A stretch of 23,321 nt of DNA from Octopus sinensis (taxonomy: Eukaryota), in NCBI RefSeq assembly GCF_006345805.1, contig NW_021836631.1:1-23321 (forward strand). Reading direction: 5' to 3'. How positions within the stretch are numbered: the stretch's first letter is position 1; every line of letters starts with the position of its first letter. Under the pieces are notes generated by a model. The model saw only the letters and a program-made list of their open reading frames with translations. It was not told the DNA's origin and made no database searches. Positions 20,911 to 23,321 of the stretch are shown piece by piece. The position numbers were made by a program, and so were the translations under genes.

Positions 20911-21217
20911 GGAGGCGCAATGGCCCAGTGGTTAGGGCAGCGGACTCGCGGTCGTAGAATCGCGGTTTCGATTCCCAGACCGGGCGTTGTGAGTGTTTAT
21001 TGAGCGAAAACACCTAAAAGCTCCACGAGGCTCCTGCAGGGGGGGGGGGTATCCCTGCTGTACTCTTTCACCACTCTTTCTCCCACTCTTTCTTCTGTTG
21101 GCCTGCTCGCTTAGCCAGCGGGGTGGCGTCATTTGAAGGCTAAAACAATGCGAACGCATTGTGACCAGCGATGTGTAATTACATCTGATGGACTGGTCGG
21201 TCACGTGATCACGTGAT
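20911..21217 (+). mobile_element. SINE family B (tail type 2)
   Basis: A box tggcccagtgg, B box ggtttcgattccc. Head and core match 2125-2411 but the 3' part differs, ending in cacgtgatcacgtga. Confidence 0.85.
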
Positions 21218-22161
21218 ATATATATTATAATATATTATATATATATATATATATTATATATATATATATGGGGATGCCCAGAGATGTATATGTACGTGTA
21301 TATATAAGTATGTGATTGTATATGCATGAATGTATCTGTTTGTACAATGCCATGTATACATGAATGTATATGAGGAGGTTATGTGTGTCTCTGGACCATC
21401 GAATACTGACGGTCAGATAATAAAATTTCATATGTGCAGCCTAACATGAGGAACAAAATGAATATCCAATACATCCAATATCACTCGTAGCAGGTACGCA
21501 GAAACACGTTAACAGCAAGCGGAATGAAACTGCCACCGTCTACTAAATTCAAACAGGGCAAATGGATGTGTTAGCCTTCGAAGTCGAAGGCTTTTAACTA
21601 ACGGTGACGACAATTGAATATCACCTCAAGAAATAAAACCGTTGCATAATCAGATACCTGTTTAACCTAGTGGGTGGTTCTTCGTTTATTTCTTTTTAAG
21701 ATTAAGATTATTCGTGAGTAACTCGTAGGTTTGTTTCCTAACCAATACTCAAGAAATTATGTAAACCTGACACGCAAGGTCTTATTCAACATGATTTTTA
21801 ATAAATCCAAATTCACTCGTATAAACAGTATTATAAATAAGACAGGAATGCTCTCTCTTAGTTTACTTGGAATTACAAGAAAGCACATGATAAAAGTTTT
21901 TTCTAATTCGTTTTCTTCTAAGGGTTTACTTGTCGAGAAGACAAGTATTGATCTAATTATTCAAACTACTCTAGAAAGAATTTAGGTAAATAACTTAAGG
22001 TCATGATGGAAAAAATAGATAATGCAAAAATAGATAAAGAACGTGACAATAATTCAACACAATACAAGACATGCGGAATTGTGAGTGACAAAGCCTCCTG
22101 CAGCAGAAATCCTGGCTTTTATAAGTTACTTAAGAAATTTCTACAAGCGTTCAGAAATTAA

Positions 22162-22991
22162 CTCCTTAATGGATTATCCCGAGTTTACTCGTGCATCGCA
22201 AAGGTATCTTTTTAGAATCAGATGAGTATACTAGGTCAAAGTTAACTTTTAATTTTTGCACTCAAACGAGTTTAATTTTGTGTCATCTCATTTTTGTGTA
22301 ATCACGAATTTACTCGCGTTGTCGTACGCCTGGCAGCACATATATACTGGCACCATTTCAAAGAATTTATGCTTCTGAGTTTTGAATTTTTACTTCAGTG
22401 CATACTCAGATTCAGGAGGAGGTTGATGGCATTTTAGAACCGTCTCGTTTCGAGTCTCTATTATTTATACAAATCAGAGAATTATTTACGCATTTTTTTC
22501 TTCTCAAAATGGATGAAGATTTAGATATATTCAGCCATCATGAAAGCGATTTTTCATTTCACGATCTGGAATTAGACACGTGTGCAAAATGCGCAGAGAA
22601 GAGAGACGCTAAAGGAAAGAAGATTCGAAGAGAAAGCAGATACATGTGTGATGTCTGCAAGATAACTTTGCGTGTAACTTCTTGTTTTAAAAATTATCAT
22701 TCTAAATAAACTATTTCATTTTTTTAAAAAATTTCCTTTGATTTAAAAGTAATACATCTTATAAAAAATCGAAGATAGTTAAGTTATATGTATTTTTTCA
22801 ATGCCCGAGTTAACTCGTTTAAATCCAAATGAGTAAAAGTACATTTTAATTTCTATAATAAAAAGTAAAGGAAACAAGACAAAAAAAACTTTTTTTGTAA
22901 TTAACACAGTGTATATAAATAAAAAAGAAGGAAATTAAAAAATATGTTTTGAAATGAAACGCCATGTCAAAATAATTGATGCATTAAGGGG
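22162..22991 (+). mobile_element. Internally deleted piggyBac-like element
   Basis: TTAA|ctccttaatggat at the left end and atgcattaagggg|CTAA at the right (decayed TTAA TSD). Subterminal cccgagtt(t/a)actcg at 22178 and 22804. Contains a transposase Cys-rich tail. Confidence 0.85.
22509..22709 (+). CDS. 66-aa piggyBac-derived mini-ORF: acidic N-terminus fused to the C-terminal cysteine-rich domain
   Basis: MDEDLDIFSHHESDFSFHDLELD-TCAKCAEKRDAKGKKIRRESRYMCDVCKITLRVTSCFKNYHSK*, matching the C..C...R.ETRY.C..C...LC..PCF..YH pattern with the LC Cys read as Arg. ATG context is aaaATGg. Confidence 0.5.
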   Translation: MDEDLDIFSHHESDFSFHDLELDTCAKCAEKRDAKGKKIRRESRYMCDVCKITLRVTSCFKNYHSK

Positions 22992-23321
22992 CTAAATTTC
23001 AGAAATATTTTTGGTCGAAAACTAGGACAGCTTCGGCTAATAACTTATTAAGCCAATGAAAAGAATTTTTTCAAATTGACATCGTTTAAACTTGTATTAT
23101 AGCCACAAAAGAAAAATTTCACGGAACAACTTCAGTTGCTTTCAAAGTATATACATGACAAAGCTTTTTACTACACCTGTGTATATGAAGAATTATATTC
23201 TATGGAAACATGTGTAGGGATTAAAAAATAGCTGTCCAGCCGTGCTACTTCTTGCTGGCTCTATCTTCTTCCAAGGAATCTAACGCTCTTAGCTTAATTT
23301 TTCCTTGGGGCTGGCCAGATT

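Noticed and set aside
21440-21493. 54-nt segment with gtgcag acceptor and cag|gtacgc donor
   Set aside because: All three frames contain a stop codon.
21731-21985. 84-aa ORF in AT-rich unique DNA
   Set aside because: It has a non-ATG start and no recognisable motif on either strand, and its length is compatible with chance.
1-23321. CRISPR array, rRNA or prokaryotic operon
   Set aside because: There are no regularly spaced repeat-spacer units or rRNA-like segments, and the content is typical of a repeat-rich animal genome.

Overview
AT-rich eukaryotic non-coding DNA (intron or intergenic) with no recognisable intact host gene. The dense microsatellites and the tRNA-derived SINE types resemble octopus (coleoid cephalopod) DNA; this is from recall, not a search. 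The window is a mosaic of decayed mobile elements. These are a Penelope-like retroelement (RT + GIY-YIG, minus strand), a Tc1 DD34E transposase remnant, an internally deleted piggyBac, a LINE 3' end, a Helentron-type HINE, a Tigger-like MITE, a TIR element and about 15 SINE or SINE-like copies. Nearly all long ORFs in the supplied track are simple-repeat artefacts. The most notable observations are: an apparently intact type I hammerhead ribozyme at 19583-19640 plus several degenerate or unusual hammerhead-like motifs; a piggyBac deletion that keeps an in-frame 66-aa mini-ORF carrying the Cys-rich domain; a nested inverted-repeat array at about 13.6-16.8 kb that could form dsRNA; and a TIR element that splits a Ser/Thr/Asn-type minisatellite. 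All structures and alignments were done by eye.
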